From Octopus bimaculoides (taxonomy: Eukaryota), in NCBI RefSeq assembly GCF_001194135.2, contig NC_068993.1, forward strand, positions 12,179,212 to 12,232,925: a stretch of DNA of 53,714 nt. The letters run 5' to 3'. The position numbers were made by a program, and so were the translations under genes. This document shows positions 1 through 15,202 of the stretch, in pieces. Numbering within the stretch: the first letter of the stretch is position 1; each line of letters opens with the position of its first letter. The notes beneath the pieces are model-generated. The model ran no database searches, was not told the DNA's origin, and saw only the letters and a list, made by a program, of their open reading frames with translations.

Positions 1-2028
1 ATATATATATATATATATATATAACATATATATTCATTTTAGCGTGTATTTTTTCACATACTAAACGCCGTAAATGTGATCATTTTTTCACATATGCGTT
101 CGTGAATGTGTATGTGTATAATATATCTATACGTGAGTCTATGTTTCAAGACATTTTATGTTTGTTTATAGGTTTGCATATTTCGATGCGTTTCCCGGGG
201 TGTTTTGGATAACTGAACTGCAATAATTCGCTGAATGTGAAGGAGAAAATTATCAGTTTGGAAGTAATGTCACAGAAGGAACCGTTCCCAGTAGCTTCTC
301 GCAGGCTACATTCTCGTGACGTAATTGCAGAAATCAAGCATTCTTGAAAAGCCCTTGCACGTTTTGCTAAATTAAGGAGAACCGCACAGCTACCTCATAT
401 AGTCTGAACATATCTTCAGATTCTTATCTTCTTGTTATGATTAGTCACTTTAGAATATGACTACAAGATGTTACAGAAAATATGAAACCTTTCTTTCGTT
501 ATATTCCTCTATGCCTATCAGAGTTCTTTTCGCTTTTCAGTTTTTATAATGACACTCTAATATATGAGTCGATATGAGCTAATATGATATCTAATTGCTA
601 TGCAAATTTGAGGAGGTCAACTTGTCGGTATTAGCAAATATTTCATATATTTTGCTTACATAAATGTGCAATTCAATTCATGAGCACTTGCATTGTCAGT
701 TGTCATCGCTGTCTGTTATTTATTGTTCAAAATTCATTACACAATCTATTCCATACAACTTCATTTTCTCATTTGCCATCTTTTCTAAAATATCCAACAA
801 TACCAAAATTTTTTGTGTGCTTAATCAAAATTGTAATAATATGAATTTGCAATTTGTTCTAAATGCTTTATATAAACACAATATGAATAAACATGTGATT
901 TACTCTGATCTGTTCTATAAAATCAATACAACAAAATTGAATAGGTATAATTATTGGTTTATTTTTGACAAAGATGGAAGCAAATGTCTAGGAATTTACA
1001 AAATACTAACCAGTGATGAGCTACCACTAACTGAAAATTCCTATGACCTTGTGAACAAGCTGTTACACTAAGAACTTTATAAGTAATTGTATAATGAATT
1101 TGTCATTTAGGCAAGAAACAAATAAATATTATAATGAAAAATAAATGGATTATATCGACAACATTATTTGAATGGTATTATTTTGTCAAACTTAAAAGAA
1201 TTAAAGTCGATCACTGTGCAATTTGAAAAATTAATATGAAATTTAATTCATTAAGAAAATTACCTAATGCGATTGAATGTCAAAAGATACAATTATGCAA
1301 AATATGCACGAATCTTTTCTTTCTAATCCCCGAGTGGTTATGCTAATTTGTAAAGGTTTATCTTTTTTATTCATAGTTTAAATGCAGCTCCTTTTAATTT
1401 TGTTGTGCATTTCCTTCTAATTCGATAATTATTTACTTATCGGTATTGAAGGAATCCTTTACAATGTGCTTATTTTGTAACACGTGTCTTTTGTTAACAA
1501 ATTTAAAACTCATATCAAATTCGGTGTTGCTTTTATACATATTCTTCGAAGTCAATATGCAAATGCTTGGAATTTTTGGTGCATTTTCTATTAGCTAGAT
1601 TCACTTATGTTTTTTTCTTTTGAATAGCATGATTTATAATAAAAAATACAGATCTAATTATAGCGATCATTTATAAATGGCTTCGAAAATCTCATTGCAT
1701 CAATTTTGTAGTAATGCCATGCTACGTCATTCATGACAGTTATTCCAGAATTCTCAATAACTTAACTCGGAACAAATTTATTATAATTACTTGCATTTTA
1801 AAATTGTAGATACTCGGCTTGTCCTTTCCGCCAGTAATTATATATTGCCTTCTCTAACACTCTCTCCCTCTGATATTTATTGTGCTTTTAGTGCGTCCAT
1901 AAAAGATGTTATTTCATGGCAAATACCGCAGTATCTGGCCCATCGACAATGTATATGCATTAAAGATAGTACATATATGGATACTTTAACACTGACTGAA
2001 TTGCGTGAAGTGATTCGTGAATAAGTAT

Positions 2029-2098
2029 ACACACAACCACACACACACACACACACAACCACACACACACACACACACAACCACACACACATACATAC
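2029..2098. repeat. (CA)n microsatellite with periodic CAAC interruptions
   Basis: Direct reading of the sequence. Confidence 0.95.
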
Positions 2099-3382
2099 GA
2101 GCATATCTGTATAATTACTGACATCAATATAACTGAATCTAAATATCCCAGGGAACATTTTGCACACTAAATGCCAATTTGATGCTTGTGATATATCGAG
2201 AGTCGTGACTCTGAAAATTTCGAACTGTATTAATATATCTTCAGCATTTGCAATGCAATCATTGAATTTATCACTAGTATCTCCGTTCTGAGTTTTCTTT
2301 TGTCTCCTAAAGTTATACAATTCTTGTGCGTAATTTCTAACATTTTCATGTATAATATTCACTGCAATCTTTTCATTCTTCTCATTGAATCATTCTTCAA
2401 AATCAATTGCAAATGGTAATTTACCTCAGCAAATACATTCTCTCTTTATTGTCTTTGCATGTAGAACTAGCAGACATATGCTTTTGAGACTTCTATAATC
2501 TTAGTATCGTATCGCATGGCAGTTGTCCTATTAAAATTATTGACAAGAACATGTATAGTAACAAAATAAATATATTGTTTGTATTTAATTTTCGCATATT
2601 ATTTGTTTCTTAACATTAAATTCAGTAGTTGTCCATATTAGTTTTCTAAATTCACTGTTTCATTATTTTATATTGGCTTGTGTGTACTTTTGACATTCTT
2701 TGTAGATTTTATGCTCCATACATATTGTCTATCATTCCATCAATAGCTCTCAATAGCTGTATACTTTATATTTCATCTTTGTGAAATCATGAATCAATAA
2801 GAGTCATTTAATTTTGCAAACACCTCCAGGTCATGTATATCGGATATATTGCTTTTTTTCCTTTCATTTCGTGTCCATGTGTTTTCAAAAGATTCCAGTT
2901 CATTCAACGAAGCACACAGAAAATTGGAGTAAAAAAAAACTGCTTTAACAACTACGTTTTACCTTCGTATTATTAAGGCACGATTCATCCCTTTACTATA
3001 CCGTGGCTGATAAATTCTTTCGTTGTTTACTTGGTACTGCTTATGACAAAATTTCTAATTATCCAGCTTTTGCAGACCAAAATGTAAATTTCCTTTTTTA
3101 TATTGTTCATTGACCATAGTTTTTTTCTGCAAAGGCTCACACTGGATTGAATCAGCTAACAACCGCAGCTCACTTTTGATTTGATTATTCCCTGTTTAAC
3201 TTGCTAGCAACTGGTTTTCATTACTAGGTTCTTTTTTGCATATATTGCCGGACACAGTCCTTTTTATCTCAATGTTGTTAGTTAATTCTCTTGTCATCCG
3301 TTTTACAGGGGAATAACATTTAGTTACACACTATGATGTTGCGCTTAATATTTTCGCTAGATGGAAAGTACCGTTTATACTC

Positions 3383-3390
3383 ATCACCAC

Positions 3391-3438
<48 letters not shown>

Positions 3439-3515
3439 TGTCCTCGACCTGCTCCTCCTCCTCATTCTTCTTCTTCTTCTTCTTCTTCTTCTTCTTCTTC
3501 TTCTTCTTCTTCCTC

Positions 3516-3610
<95 letters not shown>

Positions 3611-3629
3611 GTTATTATTATTATTATTA

Positions 3630-3661
<32 letters not shown>

Positions 3662-3721
3662 GTTATTATTATTATTATTACTATTATTATTACTATTATT
3701 ATTATTATTATTATTATTATT
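3383..3721. repeat. Compound trinucleotide array (CAT)n-(TTC)n-(TAT)n
   Basis: Direct reading; it generates the poly-N/K/D, poly-I, poly-L and poly-Y ORFs in the track. Confidence 0.97.
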
Positions 3722-4428
<707 letters not shown>

Positions 4429-5843
4429 CAGGTATTTCTAGATATCTTTTTCTGCTCAATTTATGTCCATCATTGTATATATATATATATATATTTCTTA
4501 GCGTTCCTAATATTACTCCCTGCTAAGGCGGTGAGCTGCTGTAGTATTTATCGCGCTGGTAGCAACATTTCTTCCGCCATTGCATCTTGTCCACAAATGT
4601 CACCGGGATCGACTCTACAATAAGCATAGACCCCGTTAAGCAGAGGAAACTACGTAGTCAAATTAACCCCCACCCCACCCCAGCCCACTTCTATTTCCGG
4701 ATTCGCACCAAAGTTTTACATCAATGCTAGTACCATAGGGACATATACCTTGTATATCTTATGTTAGCTTTTCCTATCGTTTGGCAAAGAAAATCTCATT
4801 CCCCCCCCTCCCCAATGAAGTACAATATTTATGAGAAAGCTAGCAGTTCTACTTATTTACTTCCGTATAAATATACTTACCACGTATGTGTTTTTATCAC
4901 AGATATTCTTTGCTATTCCTTTAGTTTCGTCTGAACCTTTAGGATTTTATGAAAACTGAACTGTTTTAGATTCTCTAGTTCTTCATAAATTGCCTCTCAT
5001 TTCACCGCTTTGTTTCTCACGTATCCTTTATTTTTATTATACCTTCCCTGTCATTTACTTATGCTAACTTTGGATTTCTGTTAAATATTAATAAGTTCTT
5101 CCTTTTTCGCTGTATATATTTCCATATTTCTCTTTGGAATATTTGCTCACTATTCTGTTCTTTACGCAATATTCTCTTGCTGCGCTATCGTTCTTTACAA
5201 ATGACGTTAGCTGTTGCATATTATCTATGATTTACATAGATTATATCTATTACATAATTGAGAAGTATTTATTTTAGTTCTGTATTTACATTTTTAAACA
5301 ATTTTTCTCTATTTTCATTTGTTACTTCTATTACAGTATATGGCGTTCTTTAATCAATATTAGCGCAGCATAGTCCTACAATTATATTATGGATTTCATT
5401 ACACATAGTACTAGAATTATATTAGATATTTCATGTTAGCTTTTTAGACGCTGATTGTCATGTTTTCTACTTGTTTTTTGTCCTTTGTATTTATTTAGAT
5501 TTTATTATATTCACTTATTCTTTTGCGTTGCTGTTTCTTGTGAAATTCATTGCAGAAATACTGAGAGTTCATTTGGTATGCTGTGAATTGCATCTATAGG
5601 TAAGGTACGCATTGCGTTAAAGATAATTTTATTTGGAGAATTTCATGTTTCTTGTTTCACACATAGCTGTAATTTTGAGAGCTGCTTTGTGCGATAAAGT
5701 TACCGCATTCAACGATTTTCCCTTTCAAGTATTCTGTTAGTTACATCTTCTTGCTTTCAATCTACCATGTGTAATGAATTATACATTTGGCCCTTATATA
5801 TCTGTCACAACATTATAGTATTTATTCTATTTATCTAACAGCA

Positions 5844-6062
5844 GTGGAGTTGCAATAGCCCAGTGGTTAGGGAGGTGGACTCGCGATCATAGGATCGCAG
5901 TTTCGATTCCCAGACCGGGCGTTGTGAATACTTATTGAGCGAAAACACATAAAGCTGCACAAGGCTCCGGCAGGGGAGAGTGATGAACCCTGCTGTAGTC
6001 TTGCACCACAGCTTTCTCTTACTCTTTCTTCCTGTTTCTGTTTTACCTGTGTTTCGAAGAGC
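5844..6062 (+). mobile_element. SINE family B (tRNA-like head), 3'-truncated
   Basis: Box A-like AGCCCAGTGGTTAGGG and box B-like GTTTCGATTCCC; aligns by eye to 37579-37790. Confidence 0.85.
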
Positions 6063-8524
6063 CAGTGTTCACCCTAGCCATTTAAAACATATAAAAAATC
6101 TTTCACTTGTCTCATTCATTGTTCTCTAAACTAGTTGGGGTGACACTTAAAGGGTGTGAATCAGCAATATCGCTGTCAGTACCATTTCTAAAGGTAAGTA
6201 TTAAATCAAAGTTATCTATTTATCGAATCATTAATCTACGGGATATACACACACACACATCGAATTAATAATAGACAGAATGATAGAAATGCACTTACAT
6301 ATACACATATACAGAGACGCATACATATATAGTGCTTAGTACATACATGTACACAAAAATATATATGTATGTTCTCATCTAATAATAATAATAATAATCA
6401 GCACAGTAGATAAGAAAGCGGGCTTTTGTGTATGTTAGTGGAATGTACAATAGATTATACTTGCTCGTCCGTATTTGTCTTAAATTTGTCGATAACAGCG
6501 AATTCGTTTACGTCTGTGTCTTAATATATGGTTAAGCGATATGCCGAAATTGCATAATTATAAACTTATATATTGCTTAACATTGATTCTATTACTGAAC
6601 GAATGCTACAGCTATCGCTAATAATAATGTGTATTAGTCCCTAGTTACTAATACAAAATCTCAATCAATCTTTGATATGTACAGTATTTATTAAAACATC
6701 AGATTCAGTGTAACTCGAAATGATAAACCGCTGGAATATTAACAGTCGAAATGAAGACAAAACAAAATAAAACAAAACGAAGAGAAAAGCAAACAACATA
6801 TACCCAACAATGATATAATTTAATGAATGCAATTGAGGAAAATAAGGCGGAAACCGACTGGCTGAAATAAATGATGCTTCGCTATTAAAAGCTTTTCATT
6901 TTGCGGTAGCTCTTATTTTCTTTTATTATACAAGGTGATTATTGATTTGCTCATTCGTATACAAAGCTACGATTTGGATTCTAGTATATTATTAGGTGAA
7001 TGTCTACGAACAAACAAACGGGCATTCTGAATGGTCGCTCAAACTGCTAAGTAGAGCAACCAGATTTCCCTCATATCAGGCTTTTTAAGAATGCCTTTCT
7101 ATTACGTGATCACAAACATACTACATTCTTAGAAAGTGTCTCCAAGTGCTGGGGGAAAAGTATGTAGGCATTAAAAATTGGTAATAAAATTCATATTCCT
7201 TTTAGAAATTTATTGGGATATAATAGAGAACCTCCTAAATCCGTGTCTCCAAGTCCTCCAGCGTGCGAGGTTTTGTCTTGTGCATCTCATTTGTGTAACC
7301 CTACAGGTAAAAATAACAAGTAGTGGGATATGGGCTTTTTGGAGTTCTAGACTTCTGTACATCTGTGGTCACGGTGTTCAGGTTTTAGCTCCTGGAAGTA
7401 ATGGGATTTCCACGGAAAAAACAACTTTTAAAATGGAATTGCTTTCTTCAAGACTTGCACTAAGAATAAGTATATGGTAAAATTACTACCAGCTTTTATA
7501 GCAAGTTGATGCAGATAGTTCATGCAATTGAAAAAACGGCATTATTTATGGGATGACCCAGTATAATGAAGTTAAAGAAAATAGGGAAAATTCTCCGAAT
7601 GGTATTGTCCTTTTTTTTCTTTTATAGATGGGGTTTTTTCGACTAGTGGTATGCGGCTACTTATATACAAAGATGCTTTGCAGACATTTATTCAGAATTT
7701 GTTGCAGTAAATCAATTCTATTAACTAAAACAGAACCAAACAACATTAATTGTCTCGAGGGGAATAAGATTCGATAAAGCCTGTATAATTTATATATATA
7801 CTCATCAACAAAAACTAATGTGTTACTAAAAAACAAAAACCGATTAATATATCGAGACAAAATGAGTTGTAATCTGAAGTCACTTTGTTTTACAACGATT
7901 ATAAATACTTAAATTTAAACTAAAGTTAGACACGGTAATAGCATTTCAATTAAAAGACCAGTTGTCTTCTCAAAAATACAAACAAAAAACGTATACCTGC
8001 ACATACACGCAATACGTACGCAAAACGAACGCATAAACTTTCATACAAACGTATTGCGCACGTAAATACGTCCATGTGTGGATGTGTGCATATTATGAGA
8101 ACGAATTTTAAATTAGAAAATTGAAAGTGCTTAAGAATTCAAGGTTACACCTGTAGCGTTTCATTAGAGTAGGATTTCATACATTTTCGGAAAGAATACA
8201 CACACACACACATCATACATAACTATATCTATATATAAATGAATACTTTATATATATCAACAACAACAACAATAGTAATAATAATGATAATAATAATAAC
8301 AATAATAATAATAATAGTAATAATAAGGATTTTTGTGATGTGGCATATCGTTAGCTTGAATTCTTTATATATATATGCAGCTTTTCATAGAACTTTAGCC
8401 ACAAGAGCACTATGTTAATAAGCTGATAAGGGAGACAGGCTCCTTTTGGTTGGAGATATCTGCGGTTGTGCCCACGTCACTTTAGTGCTGTCTATAAATT
8501 TGTCTTAGATTGTTAAATTGCCAA

Positions 8525-8733
<209 letters not shown>

Positions 8734-10322
8734 TCTGTGTGCCTGTATGTGTAATTATATAAGCTTACCTGCCTGCCCGCTTGCATGCACCTTCCTTTGT
8801 CCGTTTTGCAGGACACTTCATATAGTGAGGGAGATTTGTTTCCAAGTAAGAATGAGAGGCTTTGTCGTTAGAATTTGGATAACATCAACATTGCCAAATA
8901 TTGAACTATAAACTTGCGCACTTTTACAGTTCTTTTTATAGATTCTATTTGTAAATTGCATGTAGGTGGTCTCTTTCTTATTTCACAAATTTTAGATTTT
9001 TCCAGATTGTCATTTAGTAACATATCCATACGTTTACCAATATTAACGAAGAGCACCAATATTTATTGGCATAAATGTGAATCTATAATCAGAGACGAGA
9101 AGCCGCACGTTTTAAAGCAATTTTAGATAAATATTCTCCTCGCTGTAATATCTGCATCTGAAGTGCAGATAACCTCTGCGACTCTTTCGTTTCTCTCGTA
9201 TATGAGGCTGGTCTTGTGAAAAGTTGCTAGATATATATTTCTTCTAAATTGTTAAAATGTTTGCTCTGAAGAAGGAACTGGTTTCAAACACAGATACAAA
9301 GCTCCACCGTTGGAATGAAGGTACAAACGCGTGTCACATTCTAAATTTGAGAAACGTGTTGCATATTTTTACCGTTCCACTTGAAGGTTGTACTTGTAAT
9401 GTGCAACATGTATGTATGTATGTATGTATTTGGGGTGTGTGAATGTGTGAATTCTCCTCAAGTACTTGTCTTTGAGGATTATTTCAATCACTTACATTTA
9501 TCCTGCTCACGCGACAATTATTGCAATCCTGCTCCTTCTCCACTTTTACATTCTCTTCCTCGTCCTCATCATCTTTAACCACTAACTTCGCCATCATCGT
9601 ATTCAACACAGACCTATGTAGTTTCGTTTAGAATTGTTTTGCCTTGTCTTATCTCTGTGGTAAACAATAAAAATCTCTGAAAATTATGACACTTGTCTCT
9701 GATATCAACAACGTTCACTGTTGTTGACCATTGATTATATCATAATTTTTTCAATGTAAAATACTTTATTAAATCAACATTTCTGCTTCTGCATTAAAGA
9801 CAAAATATGCGTTCCTGTATTAAATTTATACTTATTATATAAACTTGCTTCAATCCTTTCGATTAATAGTTGCAGCTGTGCATAAATTTTATTCCAAGGC
9901 ATCTTGTGGGTGTCATTGGTATAGCATTTCTGCAACATGTCCAACGATTCTAACATAATTGGTATACCTATATCTGATATTTGACTTATTTATATTTCAA
10001 CTCCTTGATCTTAAACATATTCTCTCTTCTCTTCCTATCCAAAATTTTGGCAGAATAAATCCATATATCTATAAAAGTGTAGAAGGTTTCATCATTTTTT
10101 CCTTTTTATATAGTTATCTATTTTGTTCGCTACAATCTCACTGTCATTCAAAACAGTTATGCCCAGTAGTCATATAGCTGCAACAATTTCCCTTCCTTCA
10201 CAACGTGCTTCTCATATATCTTTAACTTTCTTTTTTTACAGATTTAGAAGTGTTGACATATCAATAATTGGATATTGCCACACAAGATACCGAGCCTTCT
10301 CATGGACTCAATATGTATGAGC

Positions 10323-10354
<32 letters not shown>

Positions 10355-10453
10355 GAGGGCAAAATTGTTGGAGATATTCTTGTTTTAACAATATAGTAAG
10401 CAGTCAGAAAAAAAAATTATGTTTTATATTATTAATAAATTAGAAAATTTCAT

Positions 10454-10636
10454 AAAGCGGTGAGCTGGCAAAATCGTTACCTCTCCAGAGCAAAATGCTG
10501 AACAGCATTTCGTGTGACTTTACGTTCCGCCGAGATTGACTTTGCCTTTCATCATTTCGAAGTCGATAAAATAAGTATGAGTTAAGTACTGAGGTCGACG
10601 TACCCTCCCACTGAAATTACAGGCCTTATACGAAAA
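10454..10636 (+). mobile_element. SINE family A copy with internal deletions
   Basis: AAAGCGGTGAGCTGGC head and GACTTTGCCTTTCATC...GTCGATAAAATAAGT body shared with 29690-29904 and 46205-46420. Confidence 0.85.
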
Positions 10637-10845
10637 TATGATGCTAATTAGGAATAACAGTTTTTATACTGAATGTAGTGAACTAGGATAGTAATTTCTC
10701 TGCATATTTTAAATTTAATATACTCTTCGTTGATTCATAGTTATGAAGCTAACTTACCTGTATATTCACACAGAAAAATATATGAATGTATAAGGCGTGT
10801 ATTTATTACACGCGCACACACACTCTCATACACATACACATATAT

Positions 10846-10880
<35 letters not shown>

Positions 10881-11314
10881 CAGAGAGAGAGAGAGAGAGA
10901 ATTTTAGTTCATGCTTAGTTTCTAATTCATACCGTATGCTTCCTTATAGATATACTTTATTTCTCAAACACCAGTCACCAGTCAGTTTGTAATTCCCCTC
11001 ATCTAGAGCGAGTGTTGTTACTTTATACTTCTGGCTGGCTGAATGGCTACATCCGCTCGTAGAACATGTTAAATACATTCTGTCTACATCTGGTTTCGAA
11101 GAATGGATTGAAAATATCTTGTTATTCTTCTGGCTTTCCTAGCTAGAAGCAATTTCAGTTCATCTCTTTGCAATGCGGGGCTACTATTATTGAAGGAGGA
11201 CGGAGAAAATCGGTGTCAACATTTGCAGATGACGTCACGAAGATGATACCAGGCAGCGCGTAAATTGAATTTCTTCGGTACAGTCCTCAATAAATGAATG
11301 AAGAAACACTCATA

Positions 11315-11375
11315 TTTGAGAAGACCCCTAATGTGAGCACCATTTTGAGAAGACCCCTAATGTGAGCACCATTTT
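11315..11375. repeat. Exact 29-bp tandem duplication
   Basis: TTTGAGAAGACCCCTAATGTGAGCACCAT at 11315-11343 and 11344-11372. Confidence 0.97.
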
Positions 11376-11629
11376 CATCTACCGGGTTGCTAAGGTAGTA
11401 ACACTCCCGGACCATAGCATTAATTTGTTTGCTCCATTTACGTCATGTGTGGTGGTCCCTTTCTGGATATCGACAGGCTGGAGCCGGACTAGAATCTCTG
11501 AGCCTACCAGGTGTAGCACTATTACCACCGTTATTCACAATATTTTGGTTTTTCCATTGTCACTGATATGAGGTAGCGATTATCAGGTTGCGCAATTACT
11601 AGTGTTTTTATTATGACACCATTAATATA

Positions 11630-11905
<276 letters not shown>

Positions 11906-12562
11906 TAGCGTGGTTTTAATTAAATTACCAATAATTATCAATAGATGGAGAGAGATGGCGCTAGAAAATTTACTTTTATTCTTGTTATTAGATTTTATTC
12001 AAATTTTTGATAAATTGCACCATAAACAAAATGGCAGTGAATGATATATGAAAGGTGCATCCTAATCATTCTCATCAACTTCCTGACCTTTATTGCTGTT
12101 ATTGAAATTAGTCATTAAAAGGATTTGTAGTTTGTTTTGATATCACTTTATTATGAATAGAAATAATCATATCACTCATGCGAAGAAACGCTACTGAATA
12201 TTTTAGTCACACAGATCGTGTAAGATATTCTTGGAAGTTCTACGTTTATGTTTCCTAATAACCCTGTTATATAGAAAAGAATTTCGAGCTCCGACACATA
12301 TTTACCTGCTCGTCCACCGCATACTTCTCTAAAACCTGCTGCACGAGAGTCATAAAAGGTTACATCAAACGACAAAACCTTTAAAGGATGTTGTAAATTC
12401 AAACAATGTGATTTCATAAATCTGGTAGAACATCCGTTATTTATCGTTAATCTTATATGTAAACTTAATTTCAGTGCATAAATACTGGGGCGGATGGATG
12501 GATGGTTGGCTGGAAGAATAATCAACTGGTTGGCTGGATAGACAGAAAATTTACATATAAAT

Positions 12563-12567
<5 letters not shown>

Positions 12568-12617
<50 letters not shown>

Positions 12618-12644
12618 AGCAGATTGATAGAGAGACAGATGAAC

Positions 12645-12703
<59 letters not shown>

Positions 12704-12720
12704 CATACATATATATATAG
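12568..12720. repeat. (GA)n, (GT)n, (TA)n microsatellites
   Basis: Direct reading. Confidence 0.95.
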
Positions 12721-13263
12721 TGAGTTCAAAAAAGAAAAAAACACAAAAAAGACAACAAGAAACAACAACGCCACGGCGTAACAAGACCAAATATTGTACA
12801 ATGTGATACGTACATTTAATACAGAATTGCTAGATAGACAGATGAAAAAAAAGACATTTTTTTTTTCATTTGACAACTGAAGATGATATAAATCCTTTAT
12901 GGAAACAAGAGATTCGTTTGTAGTGAAACAGAATTTTTTAGGCTTCTTGGATCAGGATGACACAATCCTGAACAGTAGTGCCCCTATGTATTAATGATTC
13001 ACTTATATGTCAATAACATTGAATTTTACATGTTACTCTGTGACGTGGGAGACTCTGTGATATGACTTATTCTGAAAGAGAAAATATGTATGCAATAGCC
13101 ATCTAACAGAAAATCAATTATTGGCTAGAATATATATTAGCCCACGTAGATATGTGCTTTTGTTATTTTTGTATATCTGAATTTATAAACTTTCGCACGT
13201 AAATTCTACAGGGGAGGTTCGGGGTTGTGAACTGTCGTTCTTTCAGCTAAATATAAGAGAGAC

Positions 13264-13307
<44 letters not shown>

Positions 13308-13598
13308 NNNNNNNNNNNNNNNNNNNNNNNNNNNNNNNNNNNNNNNNNNNNNNNNNNNNNNNNNNNNNNNNNNNNNNNNNNNNNNNNNNNNNNNNNNNNN
13401 NNNNNNNNNNNNNNNNNNNNNNNNNNNNNNNNNNNNNNNNNNNNNNNNNNNNNNNNNNNNNNNNNNNNNNNNNNNNNNNNNNNNNNNNNNNNNNNNNNNN
13501 NNNNNNNNNNNNNNNNNNNNNNNNNNNNNNNNNNNNNNNNNNNNNNNNNNNNNNNNNNNNNNNNNNNNNNNNNNNNNNNNNNNNNNNNNNNNNNNNNN
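13308..13598. other. Assembly gap
   Basis: N run between (TA)n and (GA)n. Confidence 1.
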
Positions 13599-13649
<51 letters not shown>

Positions 13650-14044
13650 GTTTGAGGTAAAGTAAATTCTACTGAGACGTTTAAAGAAGAAATACATGAA
13701 AAGTTAGTGCTAATTCCGGCAGACCTTTCTTGTCATAAACCATGGAAAAGAAGCAAGCGCCAGGTTTGATATGCTGAACAAAAGCTTGCAGAGAATACCA
13801 TCATATTTCAAACAGTATGGAAGAATTAACTTCATGATTATAGCAAACATTTTTGTCGTACCCATAAGAGTTTATTTTATTTCACCACTTGTCGGAAATA
13901 CCTCCGTAATTTCCATTAAATCAAGTCCTGAAATCTTGGAATTGGAAGGACACATAAGATAATATAGCATTTGAAAACCCTTACGAAATGCAGTAGTATG
14001 CAATGCAGTGATCTGTGTTGCTACTAGTTTGTACTATTATTAAC

Positions 14045-14175
14045 AGTAGCAACGTCAGCGAATTGGAAGAATCGTAACCGCGTCGAGAAAAAAATGCCTG
14101 GCGGCGTTTCTTCCAATGTTGTGTTCTGAGTTGAAATGCCGCCGCCATTGATTTCACTTCTCATCCTTTAACTTT
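14045..14175 (+). mobile_element. Degenerate SINE family A fragment
   Basis: GTTCTGAGTTGAAATGCCGCC...TCATCCTTT resembles the family A box B and body. Confidence 0.55.
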
Positions 14176-14199
14176 CACAATTTGAGTTCAATAACAATT

Positions 14200-14580
14200 T
14201 TTTTTACTACCGCTCTTACTATCACCCCAACACCACAATTAACGCCACCATCACCACCACTACCACCATCACCGCCATCACTACTACTACTAACATACCA
14301 CCACCATCATTACCGCCACCAACACTAACACATCCACCACTACCACAGCTACTACTACTACCACTACAACCACCACCACCACTACCACCACCACTACTAC
14401 TACTACTACTCTCATACCGCCACCATCATTACCGTCACCAACACCAAAATATCCACCACTACCACAGCTATTACTACCACCACCAACACATCCACCACTA
14501 CTACTAACTATTAACACTACCTACTATTAATACTACTAATACTATTACTGCTACTACTGCTGCTGCAGCTGCCGCTGCTG

Positions 14581-14639
<59 letters not shown>

Positions 14640-14640
14640 G
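14200..14640. repeat. Degenerate (CAC/TAC/GCT)n trinucleotide array
   Basis: Direct reading. Confidence 0.9.
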
Positions 14641-14755
14641 CCCCTGCCTCTGCCGGTACTTGCTGGTTCCGTTAGAGCTGTTGCCACTGATTGTACTATT
14701 GTTTTCTCTTGGTCTCAGTAGAGTCAGCAGTATCAAATACCAGAGAGAAAAAGAC

Positions 14756-14791
<36 letters not shown>

Positions 14792-15044
14792 TAAGAGAGA
14801 GGTAGAGATCGAGGGACAATGCTCGGATCTGTGAAAGTAGATGACCGTTTGAAATACCTTCAAATATAAAACAGCAAATATATAAATAAATAAATAAAAA
14901 CCGGAAAAGCATAAATGCCCAAACTTCCCGATTTTCTCTTGATCATAAATCTACGTTACATTCCTACGTCACATCCAATTATTGGTAATTGTATTATGTA
15001 TCGTTCTTGTTTCTCTTGTTAATGTTAAGTGTTGGCATCTTTTT

Positions 15045-15063
15045 TATGATGATGATGATGAAA

Positions 15064-15111
<48 letters not shown>

Positions 15112-15202
15112 GTGGTGATGGTAATGATGGTGGTGTTGGTGGTGGTGGTGGTGTTGATGGTGGAGAGGGTGTTGTTGTTGGTGGTGGTGGGGGTGACGGT
15201 GG
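15045..15202. repeat. (GAT)n-(GGT)n array
   Basis: Direct reading. Confidence 0.95.

Noticed and set aside
171-262. Acceptor/donor-bounded segment near the window start
   Set aside because: Stop codons in all three frames and no supporting context.
5844-5915. tRNA genes at SINE heads (also 37585-37650, 19660-19732)
   Set aside because: Only box A/B similarity; no complete cloverleaf, and each continues into a SINE body.
11230-11237. Perfect CRE palindrome TGACGTCA
   Set aside because: A single 8-mer with no promoter context is not distinguishable from chance in 54 kb.
11190-11270. GGRRKSVSTFADDVT resembling the RT YADD motif of L1/Tx1 LINEs
   Set aside because: Neither the upstream QGxPLSP motif nor downstream RT motifs are present; probably chance.
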